Notes under the pieces: model-generated
Database searches by the model: none
Seen by the model: the letters and a program-made list of their open reading frames with translations, nothing else
What the model was told of the DNA's origin: nothing
Position numbers and translations under genes: made by a program
Shown: one piece after another, positions 24,796 to 37,792 of the stretch
Layout: each line of letters begins with the position of its first letter
Position numbering within the stretch: position 1 is the stretch's first letter
Source: Squalus acanthias
Taxonomy: Eukaryota
NCBI GenBank assembly: GCA_030390025.1
Contig: CM059435.1
Span: 97,774,001 to 97,838,000, forward strand
Length of the DNA: 64,000 bases
Reading direction: 5' to 3'

Positions 24796-26249
24796 TATGA
24801 CTCTGTGTTGTCTTCCAAATTGTTGCCCTGAGAGTTCAGCAGTGCCTCCTTCTGGCTACAGGACTCCTACGTTTGTCTCCTAGAGAGGGGTGGAATTTCT
24901 GGACTAGATGTGGCATGCACTATACTTGATGTATTATCTTGACCTGCCATTCACACATGCTCCTGCAGGTAGTACTTCTGAGCGTTTACTTCTATACTTC
25001 TCCCCAATGTGGAGGCAGGGCCTAATTTGAAAATCATGGCTCGATGGGAGAACCGCACAGTGCCAAAACTGCGTGAAACCTGCCGTGAGGAAGCAGTTCT
25101 CCCCCGACTGGACTCAGCTCTGCAACCCCCACCCCTAGCACTTATCTTATAGCAGGACCGTTCCCTTCAGTTCCTGGCGATGTCCAGCTCCTGCCCCAAT
25201 TCCCACTCCCGGCCGGCAGCCTTGACGTCCTTTCCCCCAGCTTTAGGCTTGAGATGTTTAAATGAATCCCCGTAGCTAAGATGGCCCAGGCTTTACGCCG
25301 AGGAGCCTGTGCGTGACTCCCACCTACCCCAAACGCGTCCCAAGTTAAAATCAGGGCTGCAACTTCTGGATCGTAGAGGAATCTGTGAAACGATTTAGAA
25401 AATAGTTTTATAAAAACCTAAAATTGTTTAACACTTATGCACTCAAAGCAAAAATCTAATTTATGTAACATTGTCCCAAATGTAAATACATCCTACCATG
25501 TTCCTGGAAAAAAAACCCTAAAGAAATAAGATAATTGAAATGATGTTAGTTACTGTGACTGGTGCATAGAATTATTTTTACAAAGGTGCAGCGTGTGCAG
25601 ATGTCTCCTGTCTGACAGTTTTTTCCTGCTTGAGAGGGAGCATCCAGCCATACAAATATGTTGGATAATCACCAGAATGTCAGAGGCGATATGGTCAGAA
25701 TGGCATGCCGCTGCAAATTATGTGGGAATGCCCCTGATGCACTCCATCCTGGGGACATGTGGTAGTACAATTCTATTTATAATCCTGGCCAATTTTTGTT
25801 CAAGATAATCAAGTATCCATATGCTTAGCTGAATGTGCTAACCTATGAATGTCATTGTAACCTTGGCTACTAACCTTTGTATTGGAATCCCATTGTGTGC
25901 TATCCCTGTGACTAAATTGCACCAGTCAATATTTGAGAATACTTGGAGGACTGCATTGGAATATCTGCAATAAAATTATGGATATTTTTAATTCAGTCCA
26001 ACAATATTGTGATTTTTTTTGTTTCATACATTTCTCTAATTCTGCATGATATTGTTTTATTGAAATATTTTAGTCACTAATTCTTGTGCATGTTTTATGA
26101 AAAATGATACGCAGTATAGAATGCTGAAGCAGTCTATTGGTACTGAAAGCTTTAATGTTGCAATCGGCAAGTAGATATATGCTGTGAAATTGGTCTCTTC
26201 GAATGTTAGCGCACAAGTATTTATTGTGTTTGTATGTAAAATTCTTTTA

Positions 26250-26500
26250 GAAATTAGACATCAGTACTAGAAGCATAAAAAAGATTTCTTTTCACACAAA
26301 TAACTTTGAAAATGGGATACATTACCTCAAGAAGCTATTGAAGCTGAGTCGATCATGACATCTAAGAGGGAATTAGTTGAACACTTGAAGAAGAATATTA
26401 AAGGTAATAGGAAGAGAGAAGCTTAATAGTAGACAGCTTGCATGAGCACAGGGACGATTGGCTGAATGGCATCCTTCTAGGTTAAATTCAATGATATTAT
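26250..26500 (+). mobile_element. Very old CR1 3' remnant
   Basis: Degenerate similarity to the CR1 tail (GATTGGCTGAATGGCATCCTTCT). Confidence 0.5.
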
Positions 26501-26634
26501 GAAATTCCTTTGTGTTATTTTGACAGCAATTTTAATCCATTTTTTTCAAATGGGTTAGGGCCTCTATTGAAATAGCAGACAAAGGAATTTCAAAAGAATT
26601 CATGTATGCTAACATTTGAAGAGTCCAGTTTCAA

Positions 26635-26960
26635 GGCACTTGTTTGGTACTGAGCCATACAGACCAGGAACCTCCCATGCTTGATCCTTGACTTGTGCTA
26701 AGTTCATTCATTTTAAATGGGTAGTAGTGCTACAAGTCATGTCAGTGCCCCTGAGCTAGGGAGGAATTCTTTCTTCTGTTTACTGTCCAAAAATACCTCC
26801 TGCAAAGTACACGTGTGTGAATGTCAGAATTAGCTTTGGCTATTAGGTCCCTATTTGCATAGTCAAATATCCAGGGGCACACTTGAAGATTGGCCACTTG
26901 TTGAGTTATGGGAGGTTGCCAGTGCCTGTGGAAACATAATCCAACATGAGCCACTGCCTA
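26635..26960 (+). mobile_element. Ancient SINE-like remnant (family not determined)
   Basis: Decayed similarity to the reverse complements of segments at 53770-54000 and 16780-16920; by recognition only. Confidence 0.35.
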
Positions 26961-28307
26961 AAACAGAGCAGGGGAGAAAATGAAACACTTTTACCATGTT
27001 ACTCATTTGTAACTGCCTCTATCGTTAACACAATTAATAAAACTCTGAGGATAGAAATTGGTGTAGGTTCTATTGATATTTGCCCATCAGTATACTTCAA
27101 CTACATATGACTAGGACATGCCTGTATATTTTGTATGTTGGATTGCAACACAATTAGAATCACTTACTAAGTACCACTAGTTTATCTTCTAATAAGATAC
27201 ATCAATGTGTAAACAGATGCACATTGTTTGGAATTTGGCCCAATGCCTGCATTGTTTATCTCATGCCGTAAAAGAAAAGAACATAATCAAGACTATTGTT
27301 GCAAGGCTTTCTTTCTCATTGTGAAATGTAGTCTGTTGGGAATTTGTTCTGTTTCTGCATGTCTGGCATCCTTTTAGTTGTATCTGGGACATGCATAATT
27401 TGAATAATGAAAGTTCTTTTGCATTTGTTATTAGTAAACCCCCAAATAGGTAATAATATGCAGATCTTACAATTGTATATTAGCTGTTACTGTACTTTTT
27501 AAAAAGAGGAAGTAAGATTTTAATTGTTAGAATTTTTGATGTCATGTAAGTGCAGTCTCCCAGTGATCTGTACACAGACCAGCTGGCACTGTGACTCTGT
27601 ATTCACAGCACACTGTGCTACACTGATGGGCCACTCTCTGCACAGTCTGTTGCTGTCATCTTCTTTTCATTTTACAAAGTAACTCAGGACTTCAATTTCC
27701 ACTGGCTGCTTCAGTCAATATGCTATTAAACATAGCCTTATCTCCACTGAGATGCAGTACGTTCAATAATGCATTATGCAAGGTACTGCATAATATACAA
27801 CTCAATCAATATACAGATAATTTTCAAAACTGATAAATATTTAGAGACAAGCATATACAAAATTATTGTTGATGGTTTCGTTTAATATCTATCACTTTCT
27901 TTCCATAAATGTTGCTGATTCCAAACAGTGCCATAATTGTAATTACCCTAATTTTTCATTCATGGCTTATGATGAATTAAAATAACTAATTGAAATAATC
28001 GTACTCAAATTCTGAAACTACTCGTAGCAGATGAAGCAGATGGAAAGTCGTGTCCCCTACTGCTCTGGGCTCTCCCCCCGCCCCACCCCAGTTCCTCCTG
28101 AAAGCCCCCCCTCCCCAAAACCCCGTGTCCACTGCTTAACCAGAGGTCAGCAGGTGGCCAAGGGCCACCTGATCTTCACCTGGCAGCAATCGCTCTGCCC
28201 CACCTGCATGCCCAATCCAGGCAGGAAGTGGTTGGCGGTATTTAACTAAGGCCCAGAAGGTAAAATGATAGTGGCCTTAGGCTGACACTGAGAGGCGGTA
28301 AATTAAC

Positions 28308-28425
28308 TTGTGTTGCTTAACTGGGAGCCAATGTAAGTCAGTGAGCACAGGGGTGATCAGTGAACAGGACTTGGTGCGCATCAGGACACGGGCAGCAGAG
28401 TTTTGAATGACCTCAGGTTTACACC
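28308..28425 (-). mobile_element. L2 internal fragment
   Basis: IQNSAARVL...ITPVLTDLHWLPVKQ. Confidence 0.85.
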
Positions 28426-29209
28426 AGAAACCCGCTCCAAGCTGAAACGCGCCACCTAATGTCAGTGTCAAAAATATACAGCAGTTCCTGGAAATATATA
28501 TTTCAAATGTCATGTGCTAGCTATAAAATGTTATCTTTGGGAGTCATACTGTGCTTTGGTGAATAGGATATTATTGGAACATTATTTTATACGGTGTCTC
28601 TTTGACAGAGTTATGAATGATGCACGTCATACTGTTTATATTTTTTATTTTAAGGCACTGATCAAGATGAGAGAGTAATTTTCGCACTTTTTTCACTGAA
28701 CATCAGTATTGAGTACAGTTCCCACCACTTACATCGTCCATGCTTAGCACAGACAGCCACCTATATCAGGCAAATGGTGCTAGCCATTTGCCATTGTCGT
28801 AGGAGTCAAATGTGAAGGTGGCGCTTAAAACGTATTAAGCGGGCCGACTATTTCAGGCAGTTCAATAAGTTCTTACCCTGTACTTATTGACTTATCGGGT
28901 CTTCAAGCAGTTTCAATTAGCTGTTCACACCTCGTTAAAGTGCGATTACCTTGGTGATGAGATTCTGGATGCAACTGCCAACAAGTAGGAGATGCAATTG
29001 CTAAGTGAGATTTCCTGTTTTTAAAAAATATGTTGGCTACTTACCATCCATTGCTTATAGCGGGCAAGTTAGTGTTTCCGCGATATGCCCGCTATATGCG
29101 GTAAAACCGAAAAGGTAAGTAATCCATGCTTGGTATAACATGGATAAAGCTCCCTGTGATCTGCCATGAAATATGCCTTTATTCCAGTCTCAAAAGGGTA
29201 TCCGGTCCT

Positions 29210-30405
29210 TCAACAACAACAACAACTTGTATTTATATAGCGCCTTTAACGTAGTAAAACATCCCAAGGCGCTTCACAGGAGCGTTATCAAACAAAATGA
29301 CACAAAGCCATGTAAGGAGATATTAGGGCAGATGGAGGTAGGTTTTAAGGAATGTCTTAAAGGAGGAAAGAGATGTAAAGAGGTGGAGCGGTTTAGGGAG
29401 GGAATTCCAGAGCTTAAAGCCTTGGCAGCTGAAGGCACGGCCGCCAATGGTGGAACGATTAAAATCGGGGATGCTCAAGAGGCCAGAATTTGAGGAGCGA
29501 AGATATCTCGGAGGTTTGTAAGGCTGGAGGAGATTACAGCGATAGGAAGGGGCGAGGCCATGATGGGATTTGAAAACAAGGATGAGAATTTTTAAATCGA
29601 GGCGTTGCTTAACCGGAAGCCAGTGTAAGTCAGCGAGCACTAGGGTGATGGGTGAACGGGACTTGGTGTGAGTTAGGACACGGGCAGCAGAAAATGGGAG
29701 CCCAGCCAGGAGTGTGTTAAAATACTCAAGCCTAGATGTAACAAAGGCAAGGATGAGGGTTTCAGCAGCAGATGAGCTGAGGCAGGGGCAGAGTCGGGCG
29801 ATGCTACCGAGGTGGAAATAGGTGGTCTTAGTGATGGCGCGGATTTGTGGTCAGAAGCTCAGCTCAGAGTCAAGTATGACACCAAGGTTGCAAACCGACT
29901 GGTTCAGCCTCAGACGGTTGCCAGGGAGAGGGATGGAGTCAATGGCTAGGGAATGGAATTTGGGGCAAGCACTGAAGACAATGACTTTGGTCTTCCCAAT
30001 ATTTAGTTGGAGGAAATTTCTGCTCATCCAGTACTGGATGTCGGATAAGCAGTGTGACAATTTAGAGATAGTGGAGGGGTTGAGAAAGGTGGTAGTGAGG
30101 TAGAGCTGGGTGTCGTCAGCGTACTAGTGGAAACTGACGCTGTGTTTTCGGATGATGTCGCCGAGAGGCAGCATGTAGATCAGAAATAGGAGTGGGCCAA
30201 GGATAGATCCTTGGGGGACACCAGAGGTAACGGTGCAGGAGTGGGAAGAGAAGCCATTGCAGGTGATTCTCTGGCTACAGCTGGATAGATAAGAATGGAA
30301 CCAGGTGAGTGCAGTCCCACCCAGCTGGACGACAGTTGAGAGGCGTTGGAGGAGGATGGTGTGGTCAACCATGTCAAAGGCTGCAGACAGGTCGAGAAAG
30401 AAGAC
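29210..30405 (-). mobile_element. L2 LINE, 5'-truncated, with RT motifs
   Basis: LDLSAAFDMVDH, GVPQGSILGPLLF, YADDTQLY, LHWLPV; (TTG)n tail. Confidence 0.93.
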
Positions 30406-30790
30406 ATTGTTTTGTCTCTCACATGAACTCTTCTTGTGACTATTCTCAGGGAGACTTGTATTTATCCACAGCGTTATCCCATATACAAATCTTGTTGCAG
30501 ATACTATCCTGTTATTTCCTACACTGCAAGTATAATGAAAACATTTAAATGTAAATAATGTCAAAATTTGATCGTTCTTGCCATGCATAGATGAATCAAC
30601 GGGACCCGGGCATATATTTTTTTTTCTGTAGCTAAGGAAAAGACTAGTAAGCCAACAGTATTTCACTGCCCTACAGCTAGTAAATACTAAAATAAAAATG
30701 TAGAAACTCATTTAATTACGAACCTACTTGGGCATTTCCCACCTGAACATTCTACAGTACTGTGCTCTCAAGAAGGGAATTACAGTGAAG

Positions 30791-33030
30791 ATTTTTTTTC
30801 ATTCATGGGATGTGGGCATCGCTGGCAAGCCCTAGCATTTATTGCCCATCCCTAATTGCCCTTGAGAAGGTGGTGATGCGTCGCTTTCTTTGAACCACTG
30901 CAGTCTGTGCGGTGAAGGTACTCCCACAGTGCTGTTGAGTAGGAAGTTCCAGGATTTTGACCCAGTGACGATGAAGGAACGGCGATATATTTCCAAGTCA
31001 GGATGGTGTGTGACTTGGAGGGGAACTTGGAGGTGGTGGTGTTCACATGTGCCTGCTGCCCTTGTCCTTCTAGGTGGTAGAGGCTGTGAGTTTGGGAAGT
31101 GCTGTTGAAGAAGCCTTGGCGAGTTGCTACAGTGCATTTTGTAGATGGTACACACTGCAGCCATGGTGCGCTGGTGGTGGAGGGAGTGAATGTTTAAGGT
31201 GGTGGGTGGGGTGCCAATCAAGCGGGCTGCTTTGTCCTGGATGGTGTCGAGCTTCTTGAGTGTTGTTGAAGCTGCACTCATCCAGGCAAGTGGAGAGTAT
31301 TCCATTATACTCCTGACTTGTGCCATGTAGATGGTGCAAAGGCTTTGGGGAGTAAGGAAGTGAGTCACTTGTCGCAGAATACCCAGCCTCTGATCTGCTC
31401 TTGTAGCCACAGTATTTATAAGAACATAAGAATTAGCAGGAGTAGGCCATACGGCCCCTTGAGCCTGCTCCACCATTCAATAAGATCATGGCTGATCCTC
31501 GACCTCAACTCCACTTTCTCGCCCAATCTCCATATCCCTTGATTCCCCTGGACTCCAGAGTTTAGTCTAGTTACGTTTCTGGTCAATTATGACCCCCAGG
31601 ATGTTGATGGTGGGTTGATTCGACGATGCGAATATCGTTGAATATCAAGGGAAGGTGGTTAGACTCTCTCTTGTTTGAGATGGTCATTCCCTGGTATTTG
31701 TGTGGCGCGAATGTTATCAGCCCAAGCCTGAATGTTGTCCAGGTCTTGCTGCATGCGGGCACGGACTACTTCATTATCTGAGGAGTTGCGAATAGAACTG
31801 AACACTCTGCAATCATCAGCGAACATCCCCACTTCTGAGCTTATGATGGAGGGAAAGTCATTTATGAAGCAGCTGAAGGTGGTTGCCCTGGTGGTTGACA
31901 CTGCCTTGAGGAATTCCTGCAGCGATATCCTGAGGCTGAGGTGATTGGCCTCCAACAACCACAACCATCTTCCTTTGTGCTAGGTATGAATCCAACCAAT
32001 GTGACTTCATTTTTAGGTACGCCTGTTGCTGCTGCTGGCTTGCTCTTCTACACTTCTCAGTGAACCAGGGTTGGTCCCCTGGCTTGATGGTAATGGTAGA
32101 GTGAGGGATATGCCGGGCAATGAGGTTACAGATTGTGATGGAACACAATTCTACTGTTGCTGATGGCCCACAGCGCCTCATGGATGCCCAGTTTTGAGCT
32201 GCTAAATCTGATCTGAATCTATCCCATTTAGCACGGTGGAAATGCCACACAACACGATGGAGGGTGTCCTCAGTGTGAAGACGGGTCTTCGTCTCCACAA
32301 TGACTGTATGATGGTCACTCCTACCAATACCATCATGGACAGATGCATCTACGACAGGTAGATTGGTGAGGACAAGGTCAAGTAGGTTTTTCCCTCGTGT
32401 TGGTTCTCTCACCTCCTGCCCCAGGCCCGGTCTGGCAGCTATTTCCTTCAGGACTTGGCCAGTTCAGTCAGTAGTGGTGCTCCCGAGCCACTCTTGATGA
32501 TGGACATTGAAGTCCCTCACCCAGATTACATTCTGTGCCCTTGCTGTCATCAGTGCTTCTTCCAAGTGGTGTTCAACATGGAGGAGTACTGATTCAACAG
32601 CTGAGGGAGGGTGGTAGGTGGTAATCAGCAGGATGTTTCCTTCCCCATGCTTGACCTGATGCCATGAGACTTTATGCGGTCCGGAGTCAATATTGAGGAC
32701 TCCCAGGGCCAGTCCCTTCCGACTGTATACCACTGTGCCGACACCTCTGGTGGGTCTGCCCTACCGGTGGGAGAAGTCTGGGATGTTGGCTGAAAGGTAT
32801 GATTCTGTGAGTATGACTATGTCAGGCTGTTGCTTGACTAGTCTGTGGGACAGCTCTCCCCATGTTGGCACAATCCTCAGATGTTAGTGAGGAGGACTTT
32901 GCAGAGTCGACTGGGCTGGGTGTGCATTTGTTGTGTCCAAATCTGATGCCAGATGGTCCATCCGGTTTTGTTCTTCTTATACTTTTTTGTAGCAGTTTGG
33001 TACAACTGAGTGGCTTGCTAGGCCATTACA
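30791..33030 (-). mobile_element. Copy 5 of the tRNA-headed LINE family; internally deleted (~32000) and ending just short of the head
   Basis: APE (TTYHPP, DFNVHH, LLDLVLTN, SDH) joined to late RT (FADD) and the 3' end; 5' flank matches 5400-5540. Confidence 0.9.
31418..31560 (-). mobile_element. CR1 3' tail inserted into LINE copy 5
   Basis: ATAAGAACATAAGAA...GGAGTAGGCCAT...ATCATGGCTGATC interrupts otherwise collinear LINE sequence. Confidence 0.8.
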
Positions 33031-33269
33031 GAAGCCAGTTTTACAGAAGAGAACCAATAACGCCCATATTAATTTTTCTTCATATGGATTTGATGTGTTT
33101 AATTAAAAATTGTATGCAGAATTGTCATTTTAGTTAAACTGCTTCACTTTTTACAATTACAGTAAAACATGTAGAAGTCAAAATGTTGAGGCTTGCTGGT
33201 GCTGCATTTCACCTATTTGGTTTATTTTCATTGAGTAATTGCACGTTTCATTTGAGCTGTAAGACCTAT

Positions 33270-34545
33270 TGAAATCTCAACATTTAAACCCAAAAATAGC
33301 AAGCTTCTGCAGAATGGCCGTTAATTTATTTATCAGTGGCATTGTAAAACTACTAGTAGTTAACTTTTTTAATGGAATATACTTATCTGTACCTTTGCAA
33401 TCTTTTTTAAAAACATCCCACTGTTGCTCTAGATTCCTGTGGGCCAATTTTTCATTCCACCTTGCCTCAGCTAGCTCACTCATATTTCTGAAATCTGCCC
33501 TAATCCAGTTTTTGTATTGACTTTTCCCTTTCTAATCTTAAGGATCTTAAACCTTATCATATTGTGGTCACCCACATTTAGCTCAGCTACCTGATCTGTA
33601 AAATTATTCATAAAACAAACATAAAAACAGTGGTCCCAGCACGGATCCCTGCGGAACACCATTTCCCACTTTCTTCCCTTAACTCCTACCCTCAGTTTTC
33701 TGTTTTGTAGCCATCTTTCAATCCATTCTGATACCAGCCCCTAACTCCACATGTCCTGACCTTTGTCATGAGTCTATTAACACCTTACCGAAGGCCGTTT
33801 GAAAGTCCAATTATACCACATCCATTGCATTGCCCTTGTCCACCATTTTTGTTATTTCTTCAAATAATTCAATATGGTTGTTTAAACGTGACCTTTCTTT
33901 TAGAAGTCCAGGTTGACTATTTTTTATTATATTCTCCATCTCCAGATGTTTTGTTATCTGATCTTTTAACAAAGATTCCAATATCTTTCCCACCCCCAAT
34001 GTTAAGCTAACTGGTGCATAGATCCCTGGATTAGTTCTATCTCCCTTTTTGAAGATAGGAATTATATTTGCTGTTCGCCAGTCCTCTGGCACTATTCCTT
34101 TTTGCTATTGGATTTTTCTATATGTATACTGGTGCCTCTGCTATCTCTTCCCTAGCTTCTTTCAGTATCCACAAGTAAAATCCATCTGGACCCGGGACTT
34201 GTCCTCCTTAAGTTTGATTAATTGTTGTACTATTGCTCTTGACTTCGTCTACTGTTGTAATTTCCTCTTTGTTAACTTCTTCAGTGAAAATTGAGGCAAA
34301 GAATCTATTCAGTATTCCTGCTATTTCAGTATCTTGTGAGTTTATATTGCTCATTCCTTGGTGGACCTATCCGTATCTTAATTCTCCTTTTGTTACTTAT
34401 GCGAGTATAGAATACTTTACTATTTCTTTTTATATTCTTTAATATTTTCAAATAATTTGTCTATTTAATCTCTTTCCTAAGCTAATCATATTCCCTTTTC
34501 TCATCCTCTCCTTTATTGCTCATGTACTTTCTGTATGCCTTTTTC
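33270..34545 (-). mobile_element. Old CR1 ORF2 fragments (RT region plus a separate linker piece); left part of the interrupted element
   Basis: PEDWRTANIIPIFKKGDRTNPGIY, VPQGSVLGP, GDHNMIRFKI, KKAYRKY. Confidence 0.85.
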
Positions 34546-34547
34546 AC

Positions 34548-37500
34548 GAGAATTTCCTTGACCAGTATGTTCTTCGCCCAACTAGGAAGGAGGCATTGCT
34601 GGATCTGGTGCTGGAGAATGAGGTGGGCCAGGTCGACCAAGTGTCTGTGGGAGAACACTTGGGTACGAGTGATCATCGTATCATAAGATTTAGATTAGCA
34701 ATGGAGAGGAGCAAGGAACAATCTAGAGTGGAACTTCTAAACTGGAATAGGGCTATCTTCAATGGGATGCGAAAGGATCTAGCCAGAGTAAAATGGAACC
34801 AAAGACTGACAGGAAAAACTGTAACAGAACAATGGGAGATCTTTAAGGAGGAGATGATCCAAGTACAGGCTAGGTACATTCTAACAAGAGGGAAGGGTAA
34901 GGGAACCAAAGCAAGGGCTCCTTGGATGATGAGGGAGATAGAGAAGATGATGAAACAAAAAAAGAGGGTGTATGATGAATGTCAGGTGAATTCTTCAAGG
35001 GAGAACCAGACCAAATACAATAAGTTGAGAGGGGCTGTGAAGATGAAAATAAGATTGGCAAAGAGAGAATATGAGAGTAGAATGGCGGTTAACATAAGAG
35101 GGAACCCAAAAATCTTCTACCGGCATGTAAACAGTAAACGGGTAGTAAGAGGTGGGGTGGGGCCTATTAGGGACAAAGAAGGTGATATATGCTTAGAGGC
35201 GCAGGGCAAGGCTAGAACACTCAATGAGTACATTGTATCAGTGTTTACTAAGGAGGTGGATGCTGACAAAATATCAGTAGAAGTGGAAAAGATAGAAGCA
35301 ATGGAAGGGGTGAAAATTGATAGACAGGATGTAGTAGAAAGGCTGGGTATGCTTAGAGTGGATAAGTCGCCTGGTCCAGATGGCTTGCATCCCAGGTTGC
35401 TAAGGGAATTGGGGGAGGAGATAGCGGAAGGGCTTGCCATAATTTTCCAATCTTCCCTAGATGCAGGGGAGGTGCCTGAGGATTGGAAAGTGGCAAATGT
35501 GACACCATTGTTCAAGAAAGGGTGGAAGGACAATCCTAGTAACTACAGGCCGGTCAGTTTAACATCAGTGGTGGGTAAAGCTTTAGAAACAATAATCAAG
35601 GAAAAAATTAACGGGCACTTGAGTGGTTAAGCTAATTAAGGAGAGCCAACACGGATTTGTAAAAGGCAGATCGTGTTTGACTAATCTAAGTGAATTTTTT
35701 GATAAAGTAACAGGGAGGATTGATGAAGGGAATGCAATGGATGTCTACATGGAATTTCGGAAGGCGTTTGACAAAGTACCACATAGAAGGCTGGTTAACA
35801 AAATTGAGGCTCATGGAATAGGTGGGTCAGTGGCAGCTTGGATAAGGAATTGGCTTAAGGACAGAAAACAGCGAGTTGTGGTAAATGGCTGTTTTTCAGA
35901 CTGGAGGATGGTAGACAGTGGTGTTCCCCAGGGGAGCCACTGCTTTTTTTGAGATATATAACTAACCTGGATATTGGAATACAGAGTAGAATTTCTAAAA
36001 TTGCCGATGACACCAAACTTGGGGGTCTGGCAAACAGTGATGATGAAAGCAATCGACTGCAACTGAACATAAAAAGGCTAGCAGAATGGGCAGACAAGTG
36101 GCAGATGGAATTTAATACAGAGAAGTGTGAGGTGATGCATTTTGGCAGAAGGAACGGGGAGAGGCAATATCCACTTAATGGCACAGTTTTAAAGAGTGTG
36201 CAGGGACAGAGGGACCTGGGAGTTAATGTGCATAGGTCCCTGAATATGGTGGGACATATTGAGAGAGTGGTTAACAAAGCATATGGGGGGAGAAATTCAG
36301 TATCGCCCCATTTGGGGCGCAGTTATCGGCCGGGCGCAAAGATTAGCGCCTGGCGCTCATTATCGCCTCTGACTGCAAACTTGACTTTTATCGCCCCTGG
36401 AGGTGATTGGAGCGCTAAATCAAGCGCTACACACCTGTCTTAAGGCGCAAAGGCCGAGGAGCGAGGTGCTACCTCAGAGCGCTGGCGAAGCTCATGTGAT
36501 GTCAGTCAGTAATGGAACACAGACACACTGGCGCCGGCCAGTTCTTAAAGGGGAGGGTCGATCTTGCTCTCCATCCACACCCTCCTCATTGCAGCCTTGA
36601 ATCTCGGCCTGGAGAGACCTGTACATCAAATCTGTTGGAAAGAACAATGGAGAGGCCCAGGGAAAAAGCTCAGAGTGCAGCCCCCATATTCTCTTCTAAA
36701 TCGATGCAAGGAAGATCAAATCAGAAAGAACCTGCAAAGTGCTGCTCAATAGCCAAAACTCCTCAACACAGTTTTGAATATCTCCTGCAGTCTCTCTCAC
36801 TCAGAATGCGTGGTGCAAAAATTTCGCCGAAAAAAAAGGCAGGAAGCGGTCGCCTTTAAATAGCGCTCCCCCAGTCCCTTCCCGACTGCAAAACGCTCCG
36901 CTCAACCTGTCGTTGCTAGCGGCAGGTGGTAAGACAGTGGACACCACTCAATATCCGGTCCGGGGCATTGCACTCTCGACTGACGTCACAATCTGCGGGC
37001 GCAGGAGATCGTGGCGGTAGTGTTTAGCGCCGCCGCAAAATGTCTAGTTAATTTTGTGAGCGGCGCAAACATCACCGTGCACGGGCGCTAGTTGCTTTGC
37101 GCCCCATTAGCGTCCTCTTAAGGCGCTAACGGGAGGCACAAACCAACCGAATTTTTCCCCCATGGGATCTTGGGTTTCATAAATAGAGGTATTGAGTACA
37201 AAAGTAGAGAAGTTATGCTGAACCTTTATAAAGCGCTGGTTTGGCCACAACTGGAGTATTGCTTCCAGTTCTGGTCACCACACTTTAGGAAGGATGTGAA
37301 GGCACTTGAGAGGGTGCAGAGGAGATTTACCAGAATGGTTCCGGGGATGGGGGATCTTAGCTACAAGGACAGGTTGGGGAAGCTGGATTTGTTTTCATTA
37401 GAGCAAAGGAGGTTGCGTGGTGATTTGATCGAGGTGTACAAGATTATGACGGGTTTGGATAGGCTAGACGGTGAAAGGCTGTTCCCACTAGTTGATGGTA

Positions 37501-37792
37501 CAAGGACTAGGGGACACAGATTTAAGGTTTTGGGCAAGAGATACAGGGGGGATGTGAGGAAAAACTTTTTTATGCAGCAAGTGGTGAGGACCTGGAACTT
37601 GCTGCCGATGGAAGTGGTGGAAGCAGACACACTCAATGTTTTCAAGGGGAGACTGGATAGGCACTTGAGGGAAATAAACTTGCAGGGCAACGGGGATAGA
37701 GCGGGGGAATGGGACTGACTGGATTGCTCTACAGAGAGCCAGTACGGACTCGATGGGCCGAATGGCCTCCTTCTGTGCCGTTATGACCCTAT
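34548..37792 (+). mobile_element. Younger CR1, 5'-truncated, frameshifted ORF2; interrupted by a MITE at 36286-37161
   Basis: ORFs 34596..35630, 35623..35952, 35949.. and 37170..37718: LDLVL, SDH, KSPGPDG, KAFDKVPH, GVPQGS, IADD, LEYCFQFWSP; CR1 tail. Confidence 0.95.
36286..37161 (+). mobile_element. Harbinger MITE (876 bp)
   Basis: TIR GGGGGAGAAATTC / GAATTTTTCCCCC; TSD ATG (36283-85, 37162-64). Removing it restores the CR1 peptide KAYGILGF. Confidence 0.95.
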
